Under the pieces are notes generated by a model, which searched no databases, was not told the DNA's origin, and worked only from the letters and a program-made list of their open reading frames with translations. A program made the translations under genes and the position numbers. Below are positions 9,153-17,945 of a stretch of DNA of 64,000 nucleotides, one piece after another. The DNA is taken from the sequence record OR493421.1. The stretch is one strand, 5' to 3'. Every line of letters begins with the position of its first letter. Position 1 is the first letter of the stretch.

Positions 9153-10043
9153 TTATTTACCTTTAGTAGCTTCAGTAGTAGCGTATTTTTTGAGGAAATG
9201 ACGAGGAGCCCCACGGCGATAGATAATCGCTAAGAAATCCTCTTCGGACATATCAATGTCAAAACGAATATTGAATTGAACGTGTAATGCTTTAGCACGT
9301 TCGATATCTTCTCTCGTTCTTACGTTTGTGGGAAACAAACACAATAACGAGGTTAATGTGTTTAGAGCCAAAGCGTATTGTGAGTAAGTTGTGATTTTCT
9401 TTTCACCGGGACGGAGTTCTCTAACGTATTTGCTGAGTAACTCAGGAATAGGCATAACCCCGTTAAGAAACGCGTCCACGTCCTTATCGGAGAAAACAAT
9501 TCCAAACTCGCGCTTAAACCGTTCGATGCAAATAACATCCCCGTATAGGAACTCTCTTGAAGCATTTCCTAGAGAGTGATGTCGATGATAAAAGGCGGCC
9601 AGCGCCTCGTAAAGTTTATCGTGAAATTCATCAGAGACGGGCTTGCGGTGCATGACTTTCATACTTTCGGCCATTGTCCGACATGCCGCCTCAAGCGCAT
9701 GCATGTTAACCTTCCCGGTAGTAATTGAAATACCGTTTTGAATAACGGTATCTTTACCCTTTAGACTTTTCATCGCGGGGATCAGGAGAAGGAATCGGGT
9801 CCTTGTTGATCGTAGCTGTCTCGGCTGTTGTAGTTGGGAGTGTTTAATAAAGCTTGCAGGCATTGGTTCACCGGGCTCTAAAAGATGAGGGTGCCCAAAA
9901 CGATCGTACCAATACCGCGAAGAATGCTTTAATCTTCCAGTAGGCTGTTCATTTCTTGATTTATTCTTATCCGATGGGTCATTCGGATTAAACTCCACAA
10001 CGACATTGTCTGGAGAGATGACTACTTTAATTTCTTTTTTCAT
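9153..10043 (-). CDS. hypothetical protein
   Basis: 296 aa ORF, AGGGA SD. Confidence 0.8.
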   Translation of the reverse strand: MKKEIKVVISPDNVVVEFNPNDPSDKNKSRNEQPTGRLKHSSRYWYDRFGHPHLLEPGEPMPASFIKHSQLQQPRQLRSTRTRFLLLIPAMKSLKGKDTVIQNGISITTGKVNMHALEAACRTMAESMKVMHRKPVSDEFHDKLYEALAAFYHRHHSLGNASREFLYGDVICIERFKREFGIVFSDKDVDAFLNGVMPIPELLSKYVRELRPGEKKITTYSQYALALNTLTSLLCLFPTNVRTREDIERAKALHVQFNIRFDIDMSEEDFLAIIYRRGAPRHFLKKYATTEATKGK

Positions 10044-10068
10044 ACCAAATATCCCTAAAAATGAATGA

Positions 10069-10854
10069 CTACGCGACGCTTTTAAGTTTATCTAGAGCAA
10101 TAAACTTGGCTCTTGATCTCGCCAGGAGTGTGCGTTCTGTTTCTGGTCCTTTGCGATAAGACTCTCCGATCACTTTGTAATCGTTCTTATCCACCAGTAC
10201 GCAGATCAGAATACCGGAATAGATATCCCTGACGTGATCTTTGAGTTCATGATCCATCGTGGCTTCTTTAGCAGTGAAGTAAGACTCGTGTTTGATGGTG
10301 GTTACTACCCGGCGAGCTTTCAGAGTTTCCTCTACTGCGAACGCAATAGCCTTTTCGATTTTGTGAACACCCTCCCGTGATTCGTATTCGGTAGGATTAT
10401 TCAGGAGAAAATCGATTTCTTTAGGATGCGGTTCACACATTATCCCGCAGAATTCTTTTACGAGATAAGCGCCTACCAGATCGCACGGCATAAACTCTTC
10501 TACGAGGGTCTCAGGTGTTAAAACCACCTCACTGATACGATCACCCCATTTAGATTTAAAACTTGATATATCGTGTCCTGTGGGGTATTCGGTATCGAAG
10601 ATATCGCTACCGATAGTGACCCAGGCGTGAAGAGTATTGCGAGCCATTCCAACGTCAACATCCAGTCGACGATTCAAAACGGAACTTACCGCTAAAGCGG
10701 CTACCGCGCAATCTCCGTTATTAATCGCAACCGAAGCGCTATGCATGGTTCGCCTTACATCATACATGCCTTCCTCGAATTTATTCCAGAAGTAGGTAAA
10801 CCATTCGAAAGTATTCAGGATGGTCAGGCGATCTTTAAGCTGGGTCTCTAACAT
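10069..10854 (-). CDS. putative transglutaminase-like (Cys-His-Asp) domain fused to Gp49/66-like C-terminal domain
   Basis: GDCAVAAL, LHAWVTIG, IFDTE triad; C-term KHESYFTAKEA...ILICVLVDKNDYKVIGES...ARSRA resembles Phage_gp49_66. Confidence 0.55.
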   Translation of the reverse strand: MLETQLKDRLTILNTFEWFTYFWNKFEEGMYDVRRTMHSASVAINNGDCAVAALAVSSVLNRRLDVDVGMARNTLHAWVTIGSDIFDTEYPTGHDISSFKSKWGDRISEVVLTPETLVEEFMPCDLVGAYLVKEFCGIMCEPHPKEIDFLLNNPTEYESREGVHKIEKAIAFAVEETLKARRVVTTIKHESYFTAKEATMDHELKDHVRDIYSGILICVLVDKNDYKVIGESYRKGPETERTLLARSRAKFIALDKLKSVA

Positions 10855-11372
10855 TACCGAACTCCTTTATTCTTAACTTTCAAGAAATACCGCGGTGGAT
10901 TTTCTAATGTCAGGCAGTAACCTACGACATTGTCGGGATGTGGACGAGAGTCATCCACATCAATCAGTTCAACCGAGCCAGGAATGACACCCATTTCGGT
11001 AGTGAGTGTTATTCCTATTTGCATCGCCATGAGCTGATAAACGCGTTCTTCTACTTCTAAGAACGTGTATTCGTTGGTGCTAAAGACAGGAGGATCCAGT
11101 TCGGCTAAAGCCACACTTTTAGGCATAACCAACTTGGATTGATCAATTGGGATATTTACTCCTGCGATAAGCGGGACTCCGTTTAAGTCTTTGATGGGAT
11201 TGAACATCCCATCGGTGTTCCCGACATGACTGTTTAGCCATTTGACAATAGCTTTCACCATACCAGCCGGTGTGACGGGTTCGCCGTTGGACTCACTGGA
11301 AAAATTAAACTGTGTTATCTCCAGCTTGTTATCTTTATTAACGGTCAGGTTCCCAAATCTAACGACTTTCAT
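10854..11372 (-). CDS. hypothetical protein
   Basis: 172 aa ORF. Confidence 0.75.
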   Translation of the reverse strand: MKVVRFGNLTVNKDNKLEITQFNFSSESNGEPVTPAGMVKAIVKWLNSHVGNTDGMFNPIKDLNGVPLIAGVNIPIDQSKLVMPKSVALAELDPPVFSTNEYTFLEVEERVYQLMAMQIGITLTTEMGVIPGSVELIDVDDSRPHPDNVVGYCLTLENPPRYFLKVKNKGVR

Positions 11373-11382
11373 GTGTTACCCC

Positions 11383-11685
11383 TTAATCACGATCGACCAA
11401 CACGATGCCTTCTTCCATCCCGTCGGCGGCTACACCCAACAGAACACAGTGTAAACGATCAGGAGCCGGCCAAGCGCAGCCGTGGAAGATGTCAGTTCGG
11501 CCCTCATCATCCACCCAGTTACCGGCTTCAGAATTGGTTTCGACTTCCCATTCGAAGGTATTTCCGTCTGCGTCGATATGAGGGTGGGTCAGCAATGCGG
11601 TGTTGGTGTCAGGGGCTACAACGACCATACCGTTGATATCTTCGTCGCCAGTAAATTCCATTGGTTTAACCAAATAAATATTCAT
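11383..11685 (-). CDS. conserved phage hypothetical protein (paralog of 17946-18257)
   Basis: MNIYLV..VVVAPD..A..THP...W..LHCVLLG. Confidence 0.75.
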   Translation of the reverse strand: MNIYLVKPMEFTGDEDINGMVVVAPDTNTALLTHPHIDADGNTFEWEVETNSEAGNWVDDEGRTDIFHGCAWPAPDRLHCVLLGVAADGMEEGIVLVDRD

Positions 11686-11728
11686 GTTGTTCTCTCCTAA
11701 AAAAGATTATGGTTTGTTCTACATAAGG

Positions 11729-11757
11729 ATAATAAAGGTCTGTTTTTATTTACATGT
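11729..11757 (-). promoter_or_regulatory. candidate phage promoter ACATGTAA-N15-TATTAT
   Basis: Minus strand acATGTAA ataaaaacagacctt TATTAT ccttat GTAGA; immediately downstream of terminator. Confidence 0.6.
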
Positions 11758-11762
11758 GCAAT

Positions 11763-11793
11763 AACTCCTACTCCCTTATCGGGAGTAGGAGTT
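11763..11793 (-). terminator. repeated terminator hairpin (copy 1)
   Basis: CTCCTACTCCC-TTATC-GGGAGTAGGAG, identical 27-mer at 31690-31716. Confidence 0.8.
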
Positions 11794-11801
11794 AGATTGA
11801 C

Positions 11802-12317
11802 TCAGCGGGTAACTTGTTTGAAAAGACCTAAATGTTCTTTATAGTTGAAAACGGAAGCGTATTTCTTGAAGCTATGAGTGAAGCTGCACCCGTCGTTGTC
11901 GTACTTTAAGGTGACTTGAACGATGTCGTCTTCTATTTTACCTGGGTCTCTAGCAAGACGTACTTCCAGATAATACTCTACCCCCGATTCACCCGTTTTC
12001 CAATGCTTAAGGAAACCCTCCGAAAGAACAGAAGAACGCTCTACGCTATGATTACCGTCAATTAATAAACGGGCTTTTATCAACGATTCACAAATAGTTA
12101 AGCGCAGATCGCCGGTTAACCATTCACTATGAATCGGGGAGAAGAGTCGAACTCCGATATAAGCGAAGTCGAGCGCTTGAGTGAGATTAGGTTTAGAGGC
12201 CAGCAGATAATCACCCCAATAAACCTTAACGTTATACCCACACCCTTCTCGATACCCTACGCAGGAAAGATTACCTAAATTATACAGTGGAATACGAACA
12301 ACGTTTTCTTTAGCCAT
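11802..12317 (-). CDS. hypothetical protein (start corrected to MAKENV)
   Basis: GGAGAAATAAAA precedes ATG at 12317. Confidence 0.7.
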   Translation of the reverse strand: MAKENVVRIPLYNLGNLSCVGYREGCGYNVKVYWGDYLLASKPNLTQALDFAYIGVRLFSPIHSEWLTGDLRLTICESLIKARLLIDGNHSVERSSVLSEGFLKHWKTGESGVEYYLEVRLARDPGKIEDDIVQVTLKYDNDGCSFTHSFKKYASVFNYKEHLGLFKQVTR

Positions 12318-12415
12318 TTTTATTTCTCCGATATTTACGAAAGGAATGAGAGTAACCCACAAGATCACTCTCACCTAGGTCTACTGACCATACTATTAAA
12401 TTTAATTACGCTTCG

Positions 12416-13117
12416 TTATCCGATGACCAATTCTTCGTAAAACTTAACATAGTCCGATTCCGAAGGCGACCAAATCTGAGTGGCTCGATCAAGATCACTC
12501 ATAACTTCAGAACCCTCTCCCGCGCCCCAACGACGAATTACCTGCATGGCGACACCGATTGCGTTCTGGTAGGAATCCGATTCCCCCAATCCACTCAAAC
12601 CAGTGTACGACAGCGCGATAGAGGCCAGATGTACAAGTTGATAAAGCTCGCTGATCGCGTTCACGTTGTAATCGTAAATCCCCGCTCTTTTGAGCTCCCG
12701 CAAGAGCGTAGTGAAGAAAAAGGGATTGCTGTCGAGCTGATCCGCGCTGGCAATTGTTAAATCAGATCGGAAACTAAGATATCCCCATTGACGATAGGGG
12801 ATATCGTGCCTAAAATGGTAATCGATTTTGGTTTCAGGTTTCATCATCATGATGGCGATATCGATTCGAGCAATCTCGTTGCGATGAATAGCAAAATCCA
12901 AGGTCCTCGCCAAATCTTCAGAATACATGGCGCGGAGGACGTTATCAAATCGCTCTTCATCATACCCACGGGCAGCATTTTGGGTAGGGTCACTAAAAAC
13001 CCCCTCCCATTTTGCTGAACCGATCTTCTTAATCGCTTTGCTCACCAGCTTAAATGATTTAGAGTGATTAAAGAAGACGTCGTCTGAAGTGGCATTAATG
13101 TCATAGTTCTTACGCAT
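12416..13117 (-). CDS. hypothetical protein
   Basis: 233 aa ORF, AAGGA SD. Confidence 0.8.
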   Translation of the reverse strand: MRKNYDINATSDDVFFNHSKSFKLVSKAIKKIGSAKWEGVFSDPTQNAARGYDEERFDNVLRAMYSEDLARTLDFAIHRNEIARIDIAIMMMKPETKIDYHFRHDIPYRQWGYLSFRSDLTIASADQLDSNPFFFTTLLRELKRAGIYDYNVNAISELYQLVHLASIALSYTGLSGLGESDSYQNAIGVAMQVIRRWGAGEGSEVMSDLDRATQIWSPSESDYVKFYEELVIG

Positions 13118-13142
13118 GATATTTTATCCTTTATTGTCGGAA

Positions 13143-13838
13143 TTATTTATTTATTTTAACAACAAACCACATGTAAGCGCCGTACAGCGCGTTACCGGTG
13201 ATGACCGTCCACATCGCTACCATGGACCAAGAACCGGGTTGGTCTAAAGCAGGAATGACCCACATGTAAATAGAAGCGACATCGACCAGTATCCAGAGTA
13301 ACCATTGTTCGGAATACTGTTTAACCATCAAGCCCATAGCGATTAAGCTCGCTACCATCGTAAACGCATCTAATACAGGTGAACTATCCCCGATATGACG
13401 AAGGAACAAGCTTACTGCAAAGGTCCCTGCCAAAACAACGAACGTCATCTGAAGGAACTGAAGGAGTGACAATCGTTTAACAGATACGTCAACGCCAGCA
13501 TCAGTCTTATTCAGCAATGTTTTACGCCATTCGTAAATACCCCAGAACTGGAATCCGAAGTAAATGACGTTAAGCGCCATGTTGCCGTAGAGTTGTTGCT
13601 TGTAGGAAACGATCGCGTAGAGAACTACCCCTAATAACCCCCAATAGTAATTGGAGAGTCGACCTTTAGCAACAAGAATAACACAGACGACGTTAAATAT
13701 TCCAGCCCAGAATTCCAGTGGCGAAGCGGAAATACTCCCGGCCACAACAGCAGCGATGGCTACGACTAACCACAGCCATTCCTTACGACTCCATCCGCTC
13801 TGGAAATCAGTATAGATTACGCTAAAAAGTTCTTTCAT
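13143..13838 (-). CDS. pnuC: nicotinamide riboside transporter PnuC
   Basis: Multi-TM protein; CVILVAKGRLSNYYWG, LDAFT, EQWLLWILVD motifs; adjacent to nadR. Confidence 0.93.
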   Translation of the reverse strand: MKELFSVIYTDFQSGWSRKEWLWLVVAIAAVVAGSISASPLEFWAGIFNVVCVILVAKGRLSNYYWGLLGVVLYAIVSYKQQLYGNMALNVIYFGFQFWGIYEWRKTLLNKTDAGVDVSVKRLSLLQFLQMTFVVLAGTFAVSLFLRHIGDSSPVLDAFTMVASLIAMGLMVKQYSEQWLLWILVDVASIYMWVIPALDQPGSWSMVAMWTVITGNALYGAYMWFVVKINK

Positions 13839-14948
13839 TTAAAAGTCACCTGAGTTAACACGTTGAGTGAAGGTTTTGATAATTTCGTAAGCCTGGTCGA
13901 ACCTAACTTTGTAGTCGGAGGAAGAAATATGGAACGTTCTTCCTTCCGGGAACTGGTTAGGGAACTCCAGACTCATGAGGTTAAATAATTCAGTTGTCCG
14001 TTGTCTTTCGGGATTACTACGAAGGCCGTCATCAACCCACTCTACAGTAGGTTCGAGTACGATGACCAGATCGTAGTTTTCCTCAGCCGCTATCGCAGAG
14101 ACGATACGATTAGGTTTCCCTTCATACAACCGATGGTAGTATTCGGTAATGAACGCATTCGTATCCACAATGCAAATGCGATTAGCCGAACGCATGGCCT
14201 GGATTTCCAGTTCCTTATGGCGATAAGCGATGATTGGGTAATCGTCGCTACGGAGTGTCGATTCTGAACCACAGAGCTCAGTCTCGCAATACGTCCGACC
14301 GTACTCCTCTACCCAGGACGTATTAAACATCTTAGCCAGATTCTTGACCATGACGCTTTTACCGCAAGATTCCTGGCCGAGGATGACAATCCGTTTGGTG
14401 TAGTCCTTACGAACAATAGAAGGGAGGTATTCCCAGTTGGCGTAAAGATTCTCACGAATTTTAGTCGCACTAATGGGAACCGCTGTACGATGCGCATCAA
14501 CCACGACGTGACTGACTTCAGGAAGATGCTCCTCGTAACCTTTATCGTAATCGATTTCACTACTGAAAATGGCCACGGTCTGAGCAATCCGACGAGTGTT
14601 GTCGACTGATCCGATTCCTTTATAGTTCTTGTGCTGTTCCTCAGTGTAGATCTTCCTGAGGAGGTTGCAGTAAGCGCTCCATCCGTTGGGAAATTCCGGG
14701 ATGTCATCTTCGATGATATATTTAATATCAATGTGGTCCGAATCAGCGTAATGCTGCTGTAACCAACGAAGACGGTTAGTGAACGTCAACGCCTTCTGAT
14801 CACGAGGACATTGTTGCGCTAACCAGCGACTGTCGTGACTTAACACAACGATAACTTTCTTAGCCTGGAGGGAGGCTTGGGTGATGAGGTTGATATGACC
14901 CTGAGTGAGCGGGGCGAATTTACCAACGACGATGCCGATATCAAACAT
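13839..14948 (-). CDS. nadR: NadR-type bifunctional NMN adenylyltransferase / ribosylnicotinamide kinase (no HTH)
   Basis: GKFAPLTQGH nucleotidyltransferase motif, ISATKIR, P-loop GQESCGKS, EYGRTY, WVDDGLR. Confidence 0.95.
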   Translation of the reverse strand: MFDIGIVVGKFAPLTQGHINLITQASLQAKKVIVVLSHDSRWLAQQCPRDQKALTFTNRLRWLQQHYADSDHIDIKYIIEDDIPEFPNGWSAYCNLLRKIYTEEQHKNYKGIGSVDNTRRIAQTVAIFSSEIDYDKGYEEHLPEVSHVVVDAHRTAVPISATKIRENLYANWEYLPSIVRKDYTKRIVILGQESCGKSVMVKNLAKMFNTSWVEEYGRTYCETELCGSESTLRSDDYPIIAYRHKELEIQAMRSANRICIVDTNAFITEYYHRLYEGKPNRIVSAIAAEENYDLVIVLEPTVEWVDDGLRSNPERQRTTELFNLMSLEFPNQFPEGRTFHISSSDYKVRFDQAYEIIKTFTQRVNSGDF

Positions 14949-14962
14949 GATAAAGTCCCTAG

Positions 14963-15526
14963 TTAGCTAGGTTGATGGGGATGAGTAAAAACCGACCTGG
15001 AATAATATTCGTTGCGAATTTCAGGGGAGGTAATAAGGAAAAGTTCTCTGAGGAGTCTCTCCCACAGTTCTTTTTGAACCTCGTCTCTCCCTTTTGTTTT
15101 TTCCTCCTCGGTAAGTTCGTAAACCCAGTTCATTTCGAATACCCAAACCGGATATGTTTCCCGCCCACCAAAGTTTTTCTTAAGCAGAGTGGTCTCTAGA
15201 GAAGGCCGGCAGAAAATAAACTCGTCCTCGTCTAAAGATTTAAAGAACTTATCAAATACTGAAAAAATGGCTGGGTGTGCTACCTCAACAACAAAAATGA
15301 AATTCCTTTTCTGTACCCGAGAATAAACTTTGGTCGGGTGAGATTTTAATTTTTCGGCAAAGGTGTGCCCGGAGCAACAAAAACGAGTAGTGACCCCGGG
15401 TATTGAGTTCAAAATCATCATCGGACCCTTCATTCTTTCATCAAGTCCTGGAAGCCCTTCCTCGACGTATTCGTTCCATTGCTTTTTAAATAATTCTGAC
15501 TCATTAGCACTCAAGCAATTGATCAT
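14963..15526 (-). CDS. hypothetical protein
   Basis: 187 aa; LNSIPGVTTRFCCSGH motif loosely reminiscent of the TYW3-like N-terminus. Confidence 0.65.
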   Translation of the reverse strand: MINCLSANESELFKKQWNEYVEEGLPGLDERMKGPMMILNSIPGVTTRFCCSGHTFAEKLKSHPTKVYSRVQKRNFIFVVEVAHPAIFSVFDKFFKSLDEDEFIFCRPSLETTLLKKNFGGRETYPVWVFEMNWVYELTEEEKTKGRDEVQKELWERLLRELFLITSPEIRNEYYSRSVFTHPHQPS

Positions 15527-15549
15527 GGTCTATTTCCTAAAAAGAATTA

Positions 15550-15849
15550 TTAATTCAGCTTATCGATGGGAACAATTTTCTTTAACGTCGCTTTAAGCTC
15601 TTTATCTCGCTTAGCTTCGTAAAGATCTACTTGACGTTGAAGATTCAACCAAAACTCTTCGGACGTGTTGAAGAGCTTAGCGAGTTTAAACGCCATCTCA
15701 ATGCTCAGACGAGTATTCCCGCTAAGCAGACGGGAAATAGCAGCATTGCTTGAATGAGTCCGGCGGCAGAGTTCCATCATACTCATGTTCATCGGTTCGA
15801 GATACTCTTTCTTAATAATCTCGCCTACGGTAGAAGGTTTACGAGCCAT
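15550..15849 (-). CDS. higA: HigA-family antitoxin / XRE HTH, orphan
   Basis: GEIIKKEYLEPMNMS..EL..ISRLLSGNTRLSIEMAFKLAKLFNTSEEFWLNLQ..DL. Confidence 0.88.
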   Translation of the reverse strand: MARKPSTVGEIIKKEYLEPMNMSMMELCRRTHSSNAAISRLLSGNTRLSIEMAFKLAKLFNTSEEFWLNLQRQVDLYEAKRDKELKATLKKIVPIDKLN

Positions 15850-15860
15850 AATTTTCTCTC

Positions 15861-16091
15861 CTAGTTAAATAGTTTCTTTGCGATATAATGGTTGCTTAGA
15901 AAGGTCAAATCGGATGTGGGGTGTTCTCCTCCAGCATCTTGCCAGTTAGTAGGTGAAATAGACTTCACTATTTCATAATCCACAAGTATTCTCGTGGGAG
16001 TACCATCCTGATGCTTTTCTGGCCAGTCTTTAATTAACTCCTTTAATTCAGTGACTGTCATCCCTTCCGGAAAATCCCAAGGTGAGGTCAT
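15861..16091 (-). CDS. hypothetical protein
   Basis: 76 aa; GMTVTELKELIKDWPE; no RelE/HigB motifs. Confidence 0.7.
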   Translation of the reverse strand: MTSPWDFPEGMTVTELKELIKDWPEKHQDGTPTRILVDYEIVKSISPTNWQDAGGEHPTSDLTFLSNHYIAKKLFN

Positions 16092-16102
16092 ATTCCCTCC
16101 GA

Positions 16103-16468
16103 TTAACTTATCCAGCTTAAAGAAATAACCGATGTGTTAAAATCAGTTTCTGCTAAAATGACGTTTATATCTTGAATGAGAAGATCTAATTCATCTTCCT
16201 TCCAACGATCGTCTTTACTTCTCTTCAGACGCGTGGCTAATTTTACCGAGCGTTCTAACTGCTTCTTAGTAAGCTCGTGAAAAGTACACTGTTCCATCCC
16301 CCGGAATACAACATGAACCAGTATGTCCTGAATGGAATAATGTTTACGGTAATAGTATAATTCCTGATATAAACCGCGTCCGTCGAGATAGCCGACTTTC
16401 CTGTCATCCCCTGACAATTCATCGAAATCGGTTTTATTAAACTTAACGATATCGGTATCAAGGCCCAT
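16103..16468 (-). CDS. conserved phage hypothetical protein
   Basis: MGLD...ELYYYRKH...ELTKKQL motif recurrent in phage hypotheticals. Confidence 0.75.
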   Translation of the reverse strand: MGLDTDIVKFNKTDFDELSGDDRKVGYLDGRGLYQELYYYRKHYSIQDILVHVVFRGMEQCTFHELTKKQLERSVKLATRLKRSKDDRWKEDELDLLIQDINVILAETDFNTSVISLSWIS

Positions 16469-16470
16469 GG

Positions 16471-17004
16471 CTATTCTCCTAAATGTAAATGGTCTTCAAG
16501 AGTTGGTTTGCAATAAGTACGATAGGAACCAGATAAGATCTCATCGTGATGGATTAAACGATAACCGGTTTGTTCTAATGACACTCCGATATAACGTTCG
16601 TCTTCGATCACTTTATCATGCAAATGAGCATGGATATTGATGCGACCTCGGAGATGATTAGGATGCTGAGGTTCATGGGATACGAAGAACCCACTCTTCC
16701 ATTTAAACGATCCGGTGACGACGTCGAAGAAAGCAGCGAGATCGGTAACCTTAACGCCTTTCTCCATACAGTGATTCCCCGGGATAAGATGTTTCTTATA
16801 CGGGAATTTCTTCAGGATGAACAGCGATTCGGGTTTAATGAATCCATCACCCACGATGGTTAGTATGTCGTGATCACGAGGTTTAACCAAAATCGTATCG
16901 GCGATAAATTCATCGTGCTCTTTTACCGTTTTAAACTGTTTACGGTATTTGATAATAGAAGGATCTCCTAAATGGAAATCCCCCGCGAACCAACGAGCAG
17001 TCAT
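16471..17004 (-). CDS. calcineurin-like metallophosphoesterase (paralog of 3108-3905)
   Basis: AGDFHLG, IVGD, PGNH, SHEP, NIHAHLH. Confidence 0.88.
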   Translation of the reverse strand: MTARWFAGDFHLGDPSIIKYRKQFKTVKEHDEFIADTILVKPRDHDILTIVGDGFIKPESLFILKKFPYKKHLIPGNHCMEKGVKVTDLAAFFDVVTGSFKWKSGFFVSHEPQHPNHLRGRINIHAHLHDKVIEDERYIGVSLEQTGYRLIHHDEILSGSYRTYCKPTLEDHLHLGE

Positions 17005-17330
17005 TAGTAATTCCCCGGCAAATCAGCGACTTTGATAATCTTTTCTCGATTGGCTTTGAGGTATTCGATAATAACCTCTTTTTTCGTTTTAGTGCGTTCT
17101 TGAGAAAGGCAGAGCTGTTCCAAATCTCCGCACTCTAAGACGACTAATTCCACAGAGCCGTCTACCAGCTCTTGCGAAATGACCAAAATAGAATCGTCCT
17201 CTTCGCCCAAATACTCCCTTTTGGTTCTCCATCGCCGTATAAAGTAGAAATGAGGAATAAACAACCCCTGTTCTAAGGCCTCGATAATATCAACTTCTCT
17301 GTCTTCTAACACCTGAATCAATACTTTCAT
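17004..17330 (-). CDS. hypothetical protein, tandem paralog
   Basis: ILVISQE..LVVLECG shared with 17332-17664. Confidence 0.7.
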   Translation of the reverse strand: MKVLIQVLEDREVDIIEALEQGLFIPHFYFIRRWRTKREYLGEEDDSILVISQELVDGSVELVVLECGDLEQLCLSQERTKTKKEVIIEYLKANREKIIKVADLPGNY

Positions 17331-17331
17331 T

Positions 17332-17664
17332 TCATTGGTCCTCTGTAATTAAAACCGCCCGATGCAAATTGTCCCTGACGTATTTCTTTATTTTCGCGTT
17401 GATCAGTGATAGGGGCGTCCGGTTCATTAACTTCCCAAATTCGCCGCATTCAATAAAGAACAATTTAGTTGTAACAAATTCCGATATTTCTTGGGAAACC
17501 AAGACAACGTCCTTATCTCCGCCAAGCGCTTTTCTCTGAGGGAAATCAAATAGACTGTCGCCTAATCGATTTGGCCCTACTATTTCAAATCTTAGTCCCG
17601 GAATATCGGATTCCATAATTTCATTCGGGGTAAGATCTTTTTCAACTAAAACCATTATTTTCAT
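17332..17664 (-). CDS. hypothetical protein, tandem paralog
   Basis: VVLVSQE..LFFIECG; N-term LVEKDLTP shared with 17701-17922. Confidence 0.7.
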   Translation of the reverse strand: MKIMVLVEKDLTPNEIMESDIPGLRFEIVGPNRLGDSLFDFPQRKALGGDKDVVLVSQEISEFVTTKLFFIECGEFGKLMNRTPLSLINAKIKKYVRDNLHRAVLITEDQ

Positions 17665-17700
17665 GAGACCACCTCAAATCACGGTATCAGACATGGTGTA

Positions 17701-17922
17701 TCAATCTCCCAAAGTCACCGCAAAAGAAGCGCAGATCCCATTTATGTCTAGAGAGACCGGGATAAACATCTTATCCATATCCGTTTTCTTCCCCTGGGGA
17801 GAATCTAATCGGACGATGCCTAACTCCTCAATCCCAACCACTCTAAACTTGGGCATGACGATCTCAACCCCCGCATTTTTGATTGGCGTAAGATCTCTTT
17901 CGACTAAAAATATTGGTCTCAC
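17701..17922 (-). CDS. hypothetical protein, possibly truncated paralog
   Basis: MRPIFLVERDLTP resembles MKIMVLVEKDLTP. Confidence 0.6.
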   Translation of the reverse strand: MRPIFLVERDLTPIKNAGVEIVMPKFRVVGIEELGIVRLDSPQGKKTDMDKMFIPVSLDINGICASFAVTLGD

Positions 17923-17945
17923 GATATTTCCCCTAAAGATGTTTA

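Noticed and set aside
14963-15526. TYW3-like tRNA methyltransferase
   Set aside because: Only a short N..G..T..CCSGH resemblance; insufficient to call
15550-16091. Complete higBA toxin-antitoxin pair
   Set aside because: The 76-aa upstream ORF shows no RelE/HigB features
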